DNA of 64,000 nucleotides from NCBI GenBank assembly GCA_963823665.1, contig CAWGMQ010000005.1, forward strand, positions 192,001-256,000, given 5' to 3'. The stretch comes from an uncultured Planctomycetota bacterium. Lineage in GTDB: Bacteria > Planctomycetota > Planctomycetia > Isosphaerales > Isosphaeraceae. A model generated the notes under the pieces. The model was not told where the DNA came from and searched no databases. It saw only the letters and a program-made list of their open reading frames with translations. A program made the position numbers and the translations under genes. Shown here one piece after another: positions 9,596 through 21,000 of this stretch. Within the stretch, counting starts at the first letter, position 1. Each line of letters starts with the position of its first letter.

Positions 9596-9778
9596 ATGAT
9601 GGCGGCTTGGAGCTTGTCCGAGATTGAATGCGATGCGTTGGATCAATTGCGGTTCGGCGCATCGAGCACGGCGGTGTTTCGCAACGCCACGATCATCCTG
9701 ATGACTGCAACTGGTCCCTCGAAGCCCTCGTTTGCTGCAAGTCGTGGAAGGTGGCAGAACTGCGATTCCGCTCAGTGA
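9596..9778 (+). mobile_element. Probable IS630-family transposase N-terminal remnant
   Basis: MAAWSLSEIECDALDQLRFGASSTAVFRNATIILMTATGPSK resembles the N-terminal HTH region of IS630 transposases; no DDE domain; sits next to the breakpoint truncating the HExxE copy. Confidence 0.45.
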
Positions 9779-9895
9779 ACTGGCTCCCCTCCCTCGTCCG
9801 GATCATCATCGGCCATTTCCTCGGCGAGGCTCCGTTGCGCGGAGTGCCGCACTGTCAGGACGTGAACCGTGTCGTCCCGGATCATAAACAGTCAT
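9772..9895 (-). pseudogene. RelE/ParE-family toxin remnant (start codon fused out of frame to the C-terminal strand)
   Basis: ATGA overlap with the antitoxin stop, then in another frame LFMIRDDTVHVLTVRHSAQRSL, a typical RelE/ParE C-terminus. Confidence 0.7.
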
Positions 9896-10188
9896 CGACG
9901 GCCCTTGGCCCGGCGGAGATCCTTTTCAAGTGCGTCGAACGCGTCATCCATCGGTGTCCCCTCGCCGCGATCGACCGAGGCGATGCCCTCTTTCACGGCC
10001 TGGATGGTCTGTAGCCGCTCGGCAAGATCGAAAAGCCTCTGGTAGGAGGCCGCGTCCTGGACGACCAGTTCGGCCTTCCCGTTAATCGTCAGCACGACCG
10101 GGTTCCCAGTTTCCTTCAACTGGCGGAGGAATTCCGGCGTATTCCGCTTGAAGTCCGTAAGGGGATGGATGTCCTGGCTAAGATTCAT
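9892..10188 (-). CDS. Phd/YefM-family antitoxin
   Basis: DIHPLTDFKRNTPEFLRQLKETGNPVVLTINGKAELVVQDAASYQRL; GGAGGG RBS before ATG 10188. Confidence 0.9.
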   Translation of the reverse strand: MNLSQDIHPLTDFKRNTPEFLRQLKETGNPVVLTINGKAELVVQDAASYQRLFDLAERLQTIQAVKEGIASVDRGEGTPMDDAFDALEKDLRRAKGRR

Positions 10189-10203
10189 TTGGCCCTCCGC
10201 TGA

Positions 10204-10234
10204 TAACATCGATAAAGCATCGAATTCGATGTTA
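10204..10234. promoter_or_regulatory. Palindromic operator-like site upstream of the antitoxin
   Basis: TAACATCGA-N13-TCGATGTTA (10204-10234) plus a perfect 14-bp palindrome CATCGAATTCGATG (10218-10231); type II TA operons are usually autorepressed at such sites. Confidence 0.55.
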
Positions 10235-10304
10235 CTAGATCGAGGCGACCCTGGCAAGCAGAAACGTGACGGGGAGAACGCGAGCCAGCGTTTGATTGGG
10301 TTGA

Positions 10305-10453
10305 ACTACCGCTTTCCAAACACAACACGGCTCGCCCTGTACGCCGCCGGCTCGGCCGCACTCGTGCTAGTCGGCCTCGCCTCGGCAGTGGGAAGCTTCA
10401 TGTTCACACTCAAGCCCAAGCCGCGACAATTCCAGTTCCTGAGTAGAAGCTAG
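10305..10453 (+). pseudogene. Third copy of the membrane-protein 3' end
   Basis: ACTACCGCTTTCCAAACAC...AGTAGAAGC matches 6122-6270 and 8171-8319. Confidence 0.8.
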
Positions 10454-10489
10454 AAAACGGTTGAGCCCTGACTTGGCGGTCGCTCTCAT

Positions 10490-11137
10490 TCATTCACCGG
10501 CTTCGCCCGATTCAGACTTTTCGAGCGCTTCCCTAATTCGCCGGCGAACACGCTCGATCCTCTTGCGTAACGCTTCAGGGTTGATGCCTCGACGGACGGC
10601 CAGTTCCTGCCAACTTACCCCGTCCGCGCGGCCCTTGATGATTTCCAACTCTGATGGCGAAGCACACGCCTCGATTATGGCAACCTCTTCACGGACCGCC
10701 GCGATTTCACTCGGACTCGAGCCCACTTCAGCGAGGTTTGCCAGCATTGAGCCCCCGCCAGGCGCCGCTCGCCGTGCGTCCCGCTTCGCTGCTTTTACGC
10801 GCCGGATCGCATCATGGAGCCGGTCGCGGCCGACCTTATTCAGATAGGCTTCCAACGCCTCCCATTTTGCAAACTCGACGCGATTCGCTCGGATATCGGC
10901 GATCACGCGAGCGAAGACCGACTGAACCAGGTCCTGGCTGTCAATCTGGCTCTGCAGCAGTCGAATAACGCGGGTCACTCGCAACACGCGCCGCAGTCGC
11001 GGTTCGTAATGATCGACGAAGGTGCGCACCGCATCTTCATCCCCCGCGCGAATTGCGGCTACTACGTCACCCAACGGCGACCCCGGATTCAGCAAAGATT
11101 CCGCCATCGGTTTCCTGGCAAGTGTTTCACTGGCCAT
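10490..11137 (-). CDS. ECF sigma factor (planctomycete, kinase-associated type)
   Basis: R.GDEDA...F...YEP.LRR; IDSQDLVQSVF (sigma2); SSPSEIA; G.SWQELA...G....ALRKR..R.RR (sigma4). Confidence 0.85.
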   Translation of the reverse strand: MASETLARKPMAESLLNPGSPLGDVVAAIRAGDEDAVRTFVDHYEPRLRRVLRVTRVIRLLQSQIDSQDLVQSVFARVIADIRANRVEFAKWEALEAYLNKVGRDRLHDAIRRVKAAKRDARRAAPGGGSMLANLAEVGSSPSEIAAVREEVAIIEACASPSELEIIKGRADGVSWQELAVRRGINPEALRKRIERVRRRIREALEKSESGEAGE

Positions 11138-11258
11138 CGACTTTCAATTATAATCGCGTCCGCTCCCGGTGCGCTTTGCGTTCTAACCTATATCCCCGCG
11201 ACGTCCGCAGTGGGATGGCCGCGAAACGGCCTCGAATCGGCTTTCGGGAGGACCTGTT

Positions 11259-12398
11259 GTGTTGAATCGTGCGAAAACCCGTGTTGGAGCAACCCTCATC
11301 GGGTCGCTCGCGCTCCTGGCCACCCTGGGGTTCCCATCCACGTCATTCGCGCGCGACCCGCTGCGCTGCGAGATGAAAAGCGTTTCCGAAAAACTGCGAG
11401 ACTACTTCGCCGGCCGGCGTGTAAAAGAGCTAGCGGTAGGCGATGTCACCAACGCCGATCCTACGACACCCAGTACTTCCGGGCCAGGCATTCGCCAACT
11501 GCTCATCGAAGAGCTTGGCCGAGCCGAACTCAAGGTGAAGCTGCGGGCTGACGTAGGCCTGGCGGTCACGTACCGCGCCAGAAAGATACCCTTGAGGAAT
11601 AACCGGCGAGCCGAGCAGATCGTTGTCGAGATGCGCTTCACGGCCATGTTCAACGCTGACAACTCGCAGGAAGACATCCTCTCCTATCGCGTCGAAAACG
11701 AGGAAGCCAACCGCCACATCCTCGGCTTGACGGTCCCCCCTCCGACGAAGGGCACGAACCGCGAAGAACAAACGGTGCTGGCGTTTGCGAAACCCAAAGC
11801 GAACCTGGACGGAAGCGCCGTTCTGGCAGGCCAAAACGCACCGTTCGGACTGGAGATCCTCGTTGATGATAAGCCCATTCTGCCCAAGGATGAAGATGGC
11901 TTCGGGGTTGTGACTCTGCACCGAGATCAGATGTACGCCATCCGCCTGATCAACCGCTCTCCACTCGATATGGCCATACGCGTCAGTGTCGATGGTTTCA
12001 ACATCTTCGCATTCAGCGAGCTGCGGCAGAACGATGGTCCTTACAAGGGCGCTCCGCTTTACGACATGGTGCTCGTTCCGGCGAAGGGCAGCCTCGTCAT
12101 CCCGGGGTGGCATCGTACCAATAAGACGTCGGACAAATTCAAGATCACGGAATACGCCAAGACCCCCGCGGCGAAGATGAACAAGAACACGGATATCGGC
12201 ACGATCACCGCCACGTTCTGTGCGGCATGGGAGAAAACACCGCCTGACGACGAGCCGCCGGGCGCGCGTGCCCCGGGCGACGACGGCACCGGCTTTGGCG
12301 AGCCTACGACGGCGAACTACGAACCCGTAAAACGGACCATCGGCGCCGTTCGCGCTTCGGTCGCAGTACGCTACAAGGTGCCACCACCATCCCAATGA
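11259..12398 (+). CDS. Exported hypothetical protein
   Basis: Signal-peptide-like N-terminus (…LALLATLGFPSTSFA); beta-rich C-terminal region (YAIRLIN, VSVDG.N.F, IPGW, IGTITATF); first gene of a tight operon. Confidence 0.75.
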   Translation: MLNRAKTRVGATLIGSLALLATLGFPSTSFARDPLRCEMKSVSEKLRDYFAGRRVKELAVGDVTNADPTTPSTSGPGIRQLLIEELGRAELKVKLRADVGLAVTYRARKIPLRNNRRAEQIVVEMRFTAMFNADNSQEDILSYRVENEEANRHILGLTVPPPTKGTNREEQTVLAFAKPKANLDGSAVLAGQNAPFGLEILVDDKPILPKDEDGFGVVTLHRDQMYAIRLINRSPLDMAIRVSVDGFNIFAFSELRQNDGPYKGAPLYDMVLVPAKGSLVIPGWHRTNKTSDKFKITEYAKTPAAKMNKNTDIGTITATFCAAWEKTPPDDEPPGARAPGDDGTGFGEPTTANYEPVKRTIGAVRASVAVRYKVPPPSQ

Positions 12399-12417
12399 CC
12401 GGGAGGCCGAAACCGCG

Positions 12418-14655
12418 ATGGACGACCTGGCTCTGCTGGCACGCCGCGCCGGCGAACCCGCCGCCGAATGGGGCCTTCGCCTGCTCGACGGCCTGACAAG
12501 ACGTCATCAGCGGAAAGGCGGCGCTCGCGTCGAGGCCTTCCTGGGCGGGATAGCCGGCCTGGACCAGGAACGCGATGTCGTCCTCGACCTCGTCGTCGCA
12601 GAATGGACGCTCCGACGCCAGTCGGGCGGTCCGATAGAGCTGGCCGAGTACGTGCGGCGTTTTCCGACCTGGGAGGAAGAGTTGCGAATGCTCTGGGAAG
12701 TCGACCAGCTTACGCCGATTCCGGCCATGGAGCCGTACTCGACCGAGGAATACGGGACAAGTGTCCCGGCGTGGTACGTCGGCGCCGAGTCGTTACCGGC
12801 GACGTTTGGCGCTTACCGCCTTTTGCAAGAGCTCGGCGGCGGCGGAATGGCACGCGTCTTCCTGGCCGAGCCCCTGCCAGCCGGCAAACCGGTTGCGCTC
12901 AAAGTTCCCAAGCTCCCACTGGAGCAAGATTCGAAATCAGTCCGCGATCGCGACGCTCGCAAGGAGCGCTTCCTGCGCGAAGCCAGGGCGCTCCGGAAGC
13001 TGGATCACCCCAATCTCTGCCGAGCGCTTGAAGTCGGCGAGTGTGCAGGTCTGCCCTATTTCACCATGCCCTACTACCCGCGGGGCTCGGTGCTCGAAGA
13101 ATTGAAATCGAGCGGGGTCTTCGCGCAAAGCCACGCGGCGCGCCTGGTCGCCGAGGTCGCTCGCGCCATGCAGCACGCGCACGACCTGGGAATGCTCCAT
13201 CGCGACCTCAAGCCTTCAAACCTGCTGCGCGACGAAGACGGCCAGATTGTCGTTTCCGATTTTGGCCTCGTGATCGAAACAGAGTCCGACGAATCGCGGC
13301 TGACGAGCACGGGTGTCTCACCCGGCACTCCGCGCTATTTTTCGCCCGAGCAAGTTGCCGGCGAGCCGAAGCTCACCCCGGCGAGCGACATCTACAGCCT
13401 CGGCGTGATCTTCTACGAGCTGCTGACCGGCCGTCCCCCCTTCGATTGGTCCAACGTCCACGTGCTGTTGCGTTCAATCCGTGAGACCGAGCCGTGGCAA
13501 TTGAGTGTGATCCGCGCCGACATCGCGCCGTCATTAGCCGCGGCCTGCCACAAGGCGTTGGCCAAGAAGCCCGAAGACCGGCACGCCACCATGCGGGAGC
13601 TCGCCGAGGATCTCGAACGATCCGTCGAGAGTTCCTGGACCCCTTCCCAGGAAACCACACTTCCGCCGACACCCGAAAAACCCGTTACTCGGCCGCGACT
13701 GAAGTGGAAAGCCTCGCATTGGATCGCGGCGCTTTGCCTCGGACTTTTCGCGGCAATCGCCGGCGCGGCATTTTTCACGCACCTCGACCCCGCGACAAAT
13801 ACGTCATCAAGCACGGCAAAGACGGGCTCGCACTCGTCTCAATCGGGATCGCGCGCAATCGTTTCAAAGCGGGTTCCGATCAGGAGCCGCGGCTTGCTGC
13901 AACTCCTGCACGACGACCTCGAACGGCTCGAAGCCGTCGATCGTCCTCACCATCGCTACTTTTCACTCATGGCCGTGCACGACAACCCATACATCAGCGA
14001 TTCGGAATTCAGCCTCCACCTTGACGCGTTGCGCCGGGTGCTCAATCGCCTCAGCTCCGACAAGCTCGACGTGAAGGTGCATCCGGTTGACTCTTCCGGT
14101 TGTCTGCTTCGCGTTGACCTTCGAGACCTTGACTGGTCCGAATCCTATGAATGGCATGACATCCTGAAGGTCGAGCCCTACGGAGTTCGCTACGATACCA
14201 AAGCGACAACCGACGAATCGATGCGCAAGCTGGCGCGAGAGATCCGCGCGCTCATCGCACCCAGCGATGAATCGCCTGTCGTGCGAGCCGATTGGTTCAT
14301 CGATGCCGTCGCGCGGGGGCCGCTATTCGATCACTTGCTGCGGAGCGACAACAAGAACCGACAGATCGTGCCATTCGACTTGAGCGCGGCGGACGATTCG
14401 GTTCGTCGCGTCGTCGAGCTCTACCGCCAGAGCGTCATCGACACCCGCGTCGCGGCCGCGGAGCTCGGCCTCGGAACCGTGAAAGATCTGGAAACACGTT
14501 GGCCGGCAAATAAACCCGACCTCCGTAGTGCGCTCGAACGATCGTTACCCCGTAGCCAGTGGGAAGGGAAGAATACGTACGCACTCTTCTCGGATTATGT
14601 CCGCGCCCTCGGGCTGGGCGCATTGCGCGCAATGCAACCCTTCGATCAGCGGTAA
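12418..14655 (+). CDS. Membrane Ser/Thr protein kinase (Hanks type) with an uncharacterised C-terminal ectodomain
   Basis: LGGGGMARVF, VALK, HRDLKPSN, SDFG, GTPRYFSPE, SDIYSLG; TM WIAALCLGLFAAIAGAAFF; planctomycete-type EY..RFP N-terminus. Confidence 0.92.
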   Translation: MDDLALLARRAGEPAAEWGLRLLDGLTRRHQRKGGARVEAFLGGIAGLDQERDVVLDLVVAEWTLRRQSGGPIELAEYVRRFPTWEEELRMLWEVDQLTPIPAMEPYSTEEYGTSVPAWYVGAESLPATFGAYRLLQELGGGGMARVFLAEPLPAGKPVALKVPKLPLEQDSKSVRDRDARKERFLREARALRKLDHPNLCRALEVGECAGLPYFTMPYYPRGSVLEELKSSGVFAQSHAARLVAEVARAMQHAHDLGMLHRDLKPSNLLRDEDGQIVVSDFGLVIETESDESRLTSTGVSPGTPRYFSPEQVAGEPKLTPASDIYSLGVIFYELLTGRPPFDWSNVHVLLRSIRETEPWQLSVIRADIAPSLAAACHKALAKKPEDRHATMRELAEDLERSVESSWTPSQETTLPPTPEKPVTRPRLKWKASHWIAALCLGLFAAIAGAAFFTHLDPATNTSSSTAKTGSHSSQSGSRAIVSKRVPIRSRGLLQLLHDDLERLEAVDRPHHRYFSLMAVHDNPYISDSEFSLHLDALRRVLNRLSSDKLDVKVHPVDSSGCLLRVDLRDLDWSESYEWHDILKVEPYGVRYDTKATTDESMRKLAREIRALIAPSDESPVVRADWFIDAVARGPLFDHLLRSDNKNRQIVPFDLSAADDSVRRVVELYRQSVIDTRVAAAELGLGTVKDLETRWPANKPDLRSALERSLPRSQWEGKNTYALFSDYVRALGLGALRAMQPFDQR

Positions 14656-14708
14656 GCCGTTTGCAGCTCCACATGACGAAATCCGCTAACTCTTCCGGGA
14701 ACCCGGCA

Positions 14709-17700
14709 ATGCCGAAAAGGGCAAAAAAATCTGTTTCGCAGTTCATTCTCATTGCACTAGTCACGACGATTCTGTCCATCCCTGGCGATCGTTCATTCGC
14801 CGGCGAGACGGGTCAAACGGAGCTGATTCTTCCACTTGGCCATAACAGGGATGTCACATCAGTAGCCCTAAGCATAAATTGTGATTGGGCACTCACCGGA
14901 TCGGACGACAGAACGGCGATTCTTTGGGATGTCGACGCAGGCAGACCCATTCAGCGCTTTATCGGTCATCGCGCCAGATTGAATTCTGTGGCGGTGGCCC
15001 GCGACGGCGCGGGGGTCCTCACCGCTTCAGCAGACGGCACTGCGATCTTATGGGACATCGCCTCCGCCAAACCGATCCTGACGTTCAAGGGCCACGACGG
15101 GTCGGTGAGCTCTGTGGTCCTGAGCAGGGATGGCAAACGCGTTCTCACTGGCTCTAACGACCGCACCGCACGTCTTTGGGACGTCGCGAGTGGCCAGACT
15201 ATTCAGACTTTCAAAGGACATGCTGATTTTGTGACGTCCGTCGCGCTAAGCGTCGATGGTAAGCGCGTCCTCACCGGGTCATGGGACCACTCGGCGATCC
15301 TGTGGGATGCGGAGACCGCTAAGCCCATTCAGATCTTCAAGGGGCATACCAGATTGGTCGAGTCCGTGGCTCTGAGCGGCGATAGCAAGCGCGTCCTCAC
15401 TGGGTCATCTGACCACACGGCGATCCTCTGGGATGCGGAAACGGGGCAATCGGTCCATGTGTTCAAAGATGGTGATAGCAGTTGTATGTCCGTGGCATTC
15501 GTAGGGAACGGAAGCCACGTCCTGACGGCATTCTACGACGCGCTTCTCTGGGATGCTGATACGGGCAAACTCGTTCAACGAATGGCCAATCCCCAAACCG
15601 ACGCGGCGACTTCTATAGCCGTCAGCACAAACGGCAAAAGCGCTCTGATCGGTTACCGTAAGGGGTACGCAGTGCTGTGGCAAACCGAGTTTGCCCGACC
15701 CATTCAGGCCTTCAGGGGCCGCGCGAAGGTCGAGGCGCTTGCCGTAAGCATCGGAGGTAAGCGGATACTCACTGGATCGGACGAAATGACGGCCGTTCTC
15801 TGGGACGCGGGGTCGGCCAGCGCGAACCGCATTTTCACTGCGCACCACGACACAATCGACGCTGTCGCTTTAAGTCCGAGCGGCGAGCGCGCCCTCACCG
15901 GGGCTGGCTCAAGCGCGACACTTTGGGACGTTGAAACAGCGCACAACCTCCAAACCTTCAATGGGATTCCCTCGTTCGTCGTATTCGTGGCACTAAGCGC
16001 CGATGGCAGACGCGTACTGACAGGGTCGTGGAACGGGACTTCAATCCTCTGGGACGTTGCGACGGCCACGTCCATCCAAACCTTCAAGGGCCACTACGCA
16101 ACCAACGATTGTTTGGCACTGAGCGGCGACGGCACGCGAGTCCTTACCGCGCCGGACCCGTTTCGCGCGGCGCTCTGGTCCGTCGGGACCGCCAATCCAA
16201 CTCGCACCTTCGATCACGAGACCGCCGGGTATGTCCGCGCACTGGCGCTGAACGCCGACGGGACTCGCGTCCTCGTCGGCTACGGCCATGGCTTCCAGTC
16301 CCGAGAGGAAATCGCAGTTCTCTGGGACGCTGCGACCGGAAAGGACATCCAGACCTTTAAAGGACACACCGACGAGGTCCGATCTGTCGCGTTCAACGCA
16401 GATGGAAATCGAGTGTTGACGGGCTCCGAAGACCGGACCGCGATCGTCTGGGACAGCGCGAGCGGCAAACCCATACAGGTCTTCAGCGATCACAAGGCCA
16501 GCGTTAGCCATGTAGCGTTTGCCGATCGCGCTCCACTTGTAGTCACGACATCAGACGACGGCGCAACGCGTGTCTGGACCACTGGGCGCGAGCGAGCGCT
16601 CTTTTCCTTAACATCCGCGGGCGAGGAATGGCTGTTCTGGACGCCCGAGGGATATTACACGTGCTCTCCCAACGGCGAGAGCCTGATCGCGTGGAAGATG
16701 CCCGATAAGTCGCCCAGAGGCTACCAAATCGTCGGCCCCGAGCAGTTCCGCAAGAAGTTCTATCGTCCCGACTTGTTCCGCCACCTCCTCAAGGAGCTCG
16801 ATCTAAACCGCGCCCTCGCGCTCGCGGACCGTGAACGCGGCGGGGTTGTCGAGGCCGCGACCTCGATCGCCCATGCACTGCCGCCGAACGTCGGGATCAT
16901 CAAGCCCGATCGGGATGGCGAGGTCAGCACCGAGAAGCTGACGGTCGAGTCGCTCGCATTCAGTGTTGGCGATCAGCCGGTCAACCGAATGCGCCTGCTC
17001 GTCGACGGCCGGCCATATCAGGGAAACCTGGGCAGCTTCACCATACCCGAGCCCAAGCTGGGTGAAGTGCGCTGGAGCAAGGAGATCGAGCTCGAGCCGG
17101 GCGACCACACGATTCAGGTCATCGCCGAAAGCGTGAGCGAAGGACGATCGAGGGTCTTCCGCATTCGCCGCAAGGCGATCGTCGAAACTTTGCCACGACT
17201 TAGTGTCCTGGCCATTGGCGTGAGCGCCTATGAAAAGGAAGACCTCCGCAAAGACGTCTTCTATGCCTCGGCCGACGCGCAAGTTTGCTGACACGATCCA
17301 GCGGTCAAGCAAATCGCTCTACCGCGACATCCAGACAATCACTTTGGTTGACCAAGACGCCACCAAGCGGAAAATCCTCAAAGCACTCGACCAGCTTATC
17401 ACGCAGTCCACTCAGCGCGATGCCGTGATGATCTTCTTCGCCGGCCACGGCAAGCGCGACAATCAGGGTAATTTCTACTTCCTCCCCGCCGATACCGACC
17501 TGGACGAGCTCGCCTTTACCGGCCTTTCCGAGGGCGACTTCAAAGCCAAGGTCAAAGCCATCTCGGGCCGCGTGATCCTGCTCCTCGACGCCTGCCACTC
17601 GGGAGCCCTGATCGAAAACCCGGGCCGCGGCACCGATGGCCTGACCGACCGGCTCTACGTTGACCTGACCTCGAACGAATTTGGCCTGATCATGATGTGC

Positions 17701-17937
17701 TCCTCGCGCGGCCTCGAAAAATCGCTGGAAAGCCCCACCCTCAAGAGCGGCTTTTTCGCCGTCGCCGTCGTTGAGGGCCTGGAAGGCAAGGCCCGCAAGT
17801 CGGAGGATGGTGCGGTGTATTTCAAGGACCTCGACGCGTATGTCACCGAACGCGTGAAGGACTTGAGCGAGGGAAAGCAACATCCGCTGACCTCGCAGGC
17901 GACCACAATCATCAATATTCCGCTGACGAAACCGTGA
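14709..17937 (+). CDS. Exported WD40-repeat / Ig-like / caspase-family (peptidase C14) protein A; frameshift at ~17280
   Basis: Signal-peptide-like N-terminus; about 14 WD40 repeats; WTPEGYY linker; C14 dyad motifs FFAGHG and LDACHSG. The ORFs 14559..17291 and 17230..17937 join at GAC GCG C AAG TTT (ADA/KFAD). Confidence 0.85.
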
Positions 17938-18001
17938 GGGAGTCGCGCTGACCGTCTGCATGTAAACTGGCTCGATCACGCCATTATTTCGGGGGTCATC
18001 C

Positions 18002-21000
18002 GTGGACGGCGCCTACCTTGTTCCCATCCGCCGCCTCTGCCTGCTCTCATTCAGCATGGGGCTGTTCTGTTTCGTTGCGAGCGCCAGCGCCCAGATGGCT
18101 GGACCGGAGACTCATACTACCGCTCGGGCATACCAGTTCGGTTGTATCCGTGGCCCTGAGCGGCGACGGCAAGCGCGTCCTCACCGGGTCTTCGGACAAC
18201 ACCGCGATCCTCTGGGACACGGAGACGGCCAGGCCCATCCAGACCTTCAAGGGGCATACCAGTTCGGTTTCGTCCGTGGCCCTGAGCGGCGACGGTAAGC
18301 GCGTCCTCACCGGGTCTGATGACAACTCGGCGATCCTGTGGGATACGGAGACGGGCAAGCCCATCCAGACATTCAAAGGGCATACCGATCGGGTTAATTC
18401 CGTGGGCCTGAGCAGCGACGGCAAGCGCGTATTCACTGGGTCTCATGACAACACGGCGACCCTGTGGGACACGGAGACGGGCAAGCCCATCCAGACCTTC
18501 AAGGGGCATACCGGTTCGGTTATTTCCGTGGCCCTGAGCGGTGACGGCGAGCGCGCCCTCACCGGGTCTAGGGACAAAACCGCGATTCTGTGGGACACGG
18601 AGACGGCCAAGCCCATCCAAACCTTCAAGGGGCATACCGATTTGCTTCCTTCCGTGGCGCTGAGCGGCGACGGCAAGCGCGTCTTCACCGGGTCTTATGA
18701 CGAGACCGCGATCGTGTGGGAAACGGAGACGGGCAAGCCCATCCAGACCTTCAAGGGGCATACCGGTTCGGTTTATTCCCTGGCGCTGAGCGGCGACGGC
18801 AAGCGCGCCCTCACTGGTTCTGCGGACAAAACCGCGATTCTGTGGGAAACGGAGACGGGCAAGCCCATCCGGACCTTCAAGGGGCATACCAGGTCGGTTT
18901 CGTCCGTGGCCCTGAGCGGCGACGGCAAGCGCGTACTCACCGGGTTTTACGACAACACTGCGATTCTGTGGGACACGGAGACGGGCAAGCCCATCCAGAC
19001 CTTCAAGGGGCATACCGAGCCGGTTCGGTCCGTGGCCCTGAGCGGCGACGGCAAGCGCATCCTCACCGGGTCTCACGACAACACCGCGATCCTGTGGGAA
19101 ACGGCGACGGCCAAGCCCATCCAACGCTTCAAGGGGCAGTTCAGTTGGGTTACTTCCGTGGCCCTGAGCGGCGACGGCAAGCGCGCCCTCACTGGTTCTG
19201 CGGACAAAACCGCGATTCTGTGGGACACGGCGACGGCCAAGCCCATCCAAACCTTCAAGGGGCATACCAATTTGGTTAGTTCCGCGGCGCTGAGCGGCGA
19301 CGGCAAACGCGTTCTCACCGGGTCTACGGACAACACCGCGATTCTGTGGGAAACGGAGACGGCCAAGCCCATCCAACGCTTCAAGGGGCATACCGAATCG
19401 GTCAGTTCCGTGGCCCTGAGCATCGATGGCAAGCGCGTCCTCACCGGGTGTTTCAACAACACCGCGATCCTGTGGGATACGGAGACGGCCAAGCCCATCC
19501 GGACCTTCCAAGGGCATCGCAGTTTGGTTCATTCCGTCGCCCTGAGCGATGACGGCAAACGCGTGCTGACCGGGTCTTTGGACAAAACCGCGATTCTGTG
19601 GGATACGGAGACGGCCAAGCCCATCAAGACCTTCAAGGGGCATACCGATGAGGTTTATTCCGTAGCCCTGAGCGGCGACGGTAAGCGCGCCCTCACCGGG
19701 TCTGGAGACAACACCGCGATTCTGTGGGATACGGACACGGCCAAGCCCATCCAGCGCTTCAAGGGGCACGTCGGAGCGATCACCGCCGCGGCATTTTCTC
19801 CCCGTGGCGAATATATCATCACGTCCTCCGCTGACGGGACGGTCCGCGTTTGGAAGCCCGGACGCGAAGATGCCTTGTTCTGCTTCCTTGCATCCGGATC
19901 GGAATGGCTCTTCTGGACGCCCGAGGGGTATTACACATGCTCCCCCAACGGCGAGAGCCTGATTGCCTGGAAGGTAGCCGATCAGTCCCCCAGAGGCTAC
20001 CAAATCGTCGGCCCCGAGCAGTTCCGCAAGAAGTTCTATCGCCCGGATATGTTCCGACACCTCCTGAACGAGCTTGATCTCGATCGCGCCCTGGCCCTTG
20101 CCGACAGAGAAAGCGGCCACGTTGTAGAAGCCCCCACCACGATCGACAAATTACCGGCGCCAGTGGTGCTCATCATCGACCCCAAGAGGGATGCCGAGAC
20201 GGACAGAGAGAGGTTGACCATCGAAGCGGTCGCCGTCAGCAACGGCGAGCTTCCGGTGACTCGTATGCGGATATTGATTAACGGCCGCACTTACAACGGA
20301 AACCTGTCGATCTTCGAGGTGCCCGACCCCCGCCCCGGCGCCGTCCGCCGGAGCTGGGATGTTGAGCTCGAGCCAGGCGACTTCGACGTGCAGGTGCTTG
20401 CCGACACCAGCGCGAATTTCGGCAAGTCAGAGATCCGCAAGATTCGCCGCAAGAGCCTTGCTGAATCATTGCCGCGCCTGCGCGTCCTGGTCGTCGGCGT
20501 CAGCGCCTACGAAAAGGAATCGCTGCGCAAGAACGTCGAATACGCGGCCGCCGACGCAATCAGGTTCGGAAATGCAATGAAGCTATCACGCGGGCCGCTA
20601 TATCGGGATTTCAAGGCGAAGTGTCTGGTCGACAAGGATGCCACTCGGAAGAAAATCCTTGAAGCTCTGTTGGAGATAAAGAAGGAGACCACGATGACTG
20701 ACACGACGATGGTGTTCTTCGCAGGCCACGGCGATCGGGACGACCAGGGCAACTTCTACTTCCTTCCCGTGGAAACCGACGAGATCGTTTCCAGCGGAGT
20801 TTCCGAAGACGATCTCAAGAGCCGCCTCCGGGCTCTGCCGGGCCGCGTATTCCTCATACTCGATGCCTGCCATTCTGGAGCGGTCGCAGCAAGCCGCGGA
20901 CGCGACGTCGGCGGTCTGACCGACAGGCTTTACCGCGATGTGACGTCGAACGAGCACGGCCTGATCATGTTTTGCTCTTCGATGGGGATGGAGCAGTCGC

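Noticed and set aside
18126..19860. CRISPR array or DGR target suggested by regular repeats with variable positions
   Set aside because: The units are in-frame 126-bp coding repeats with no unique spacers; no cas or reverse transcriptase gene and no separate template repeat in the window.
18117..20120. 667-aa minus-strand ORF
   Set aside because: Antisense shadow of the WD40 repeat array.
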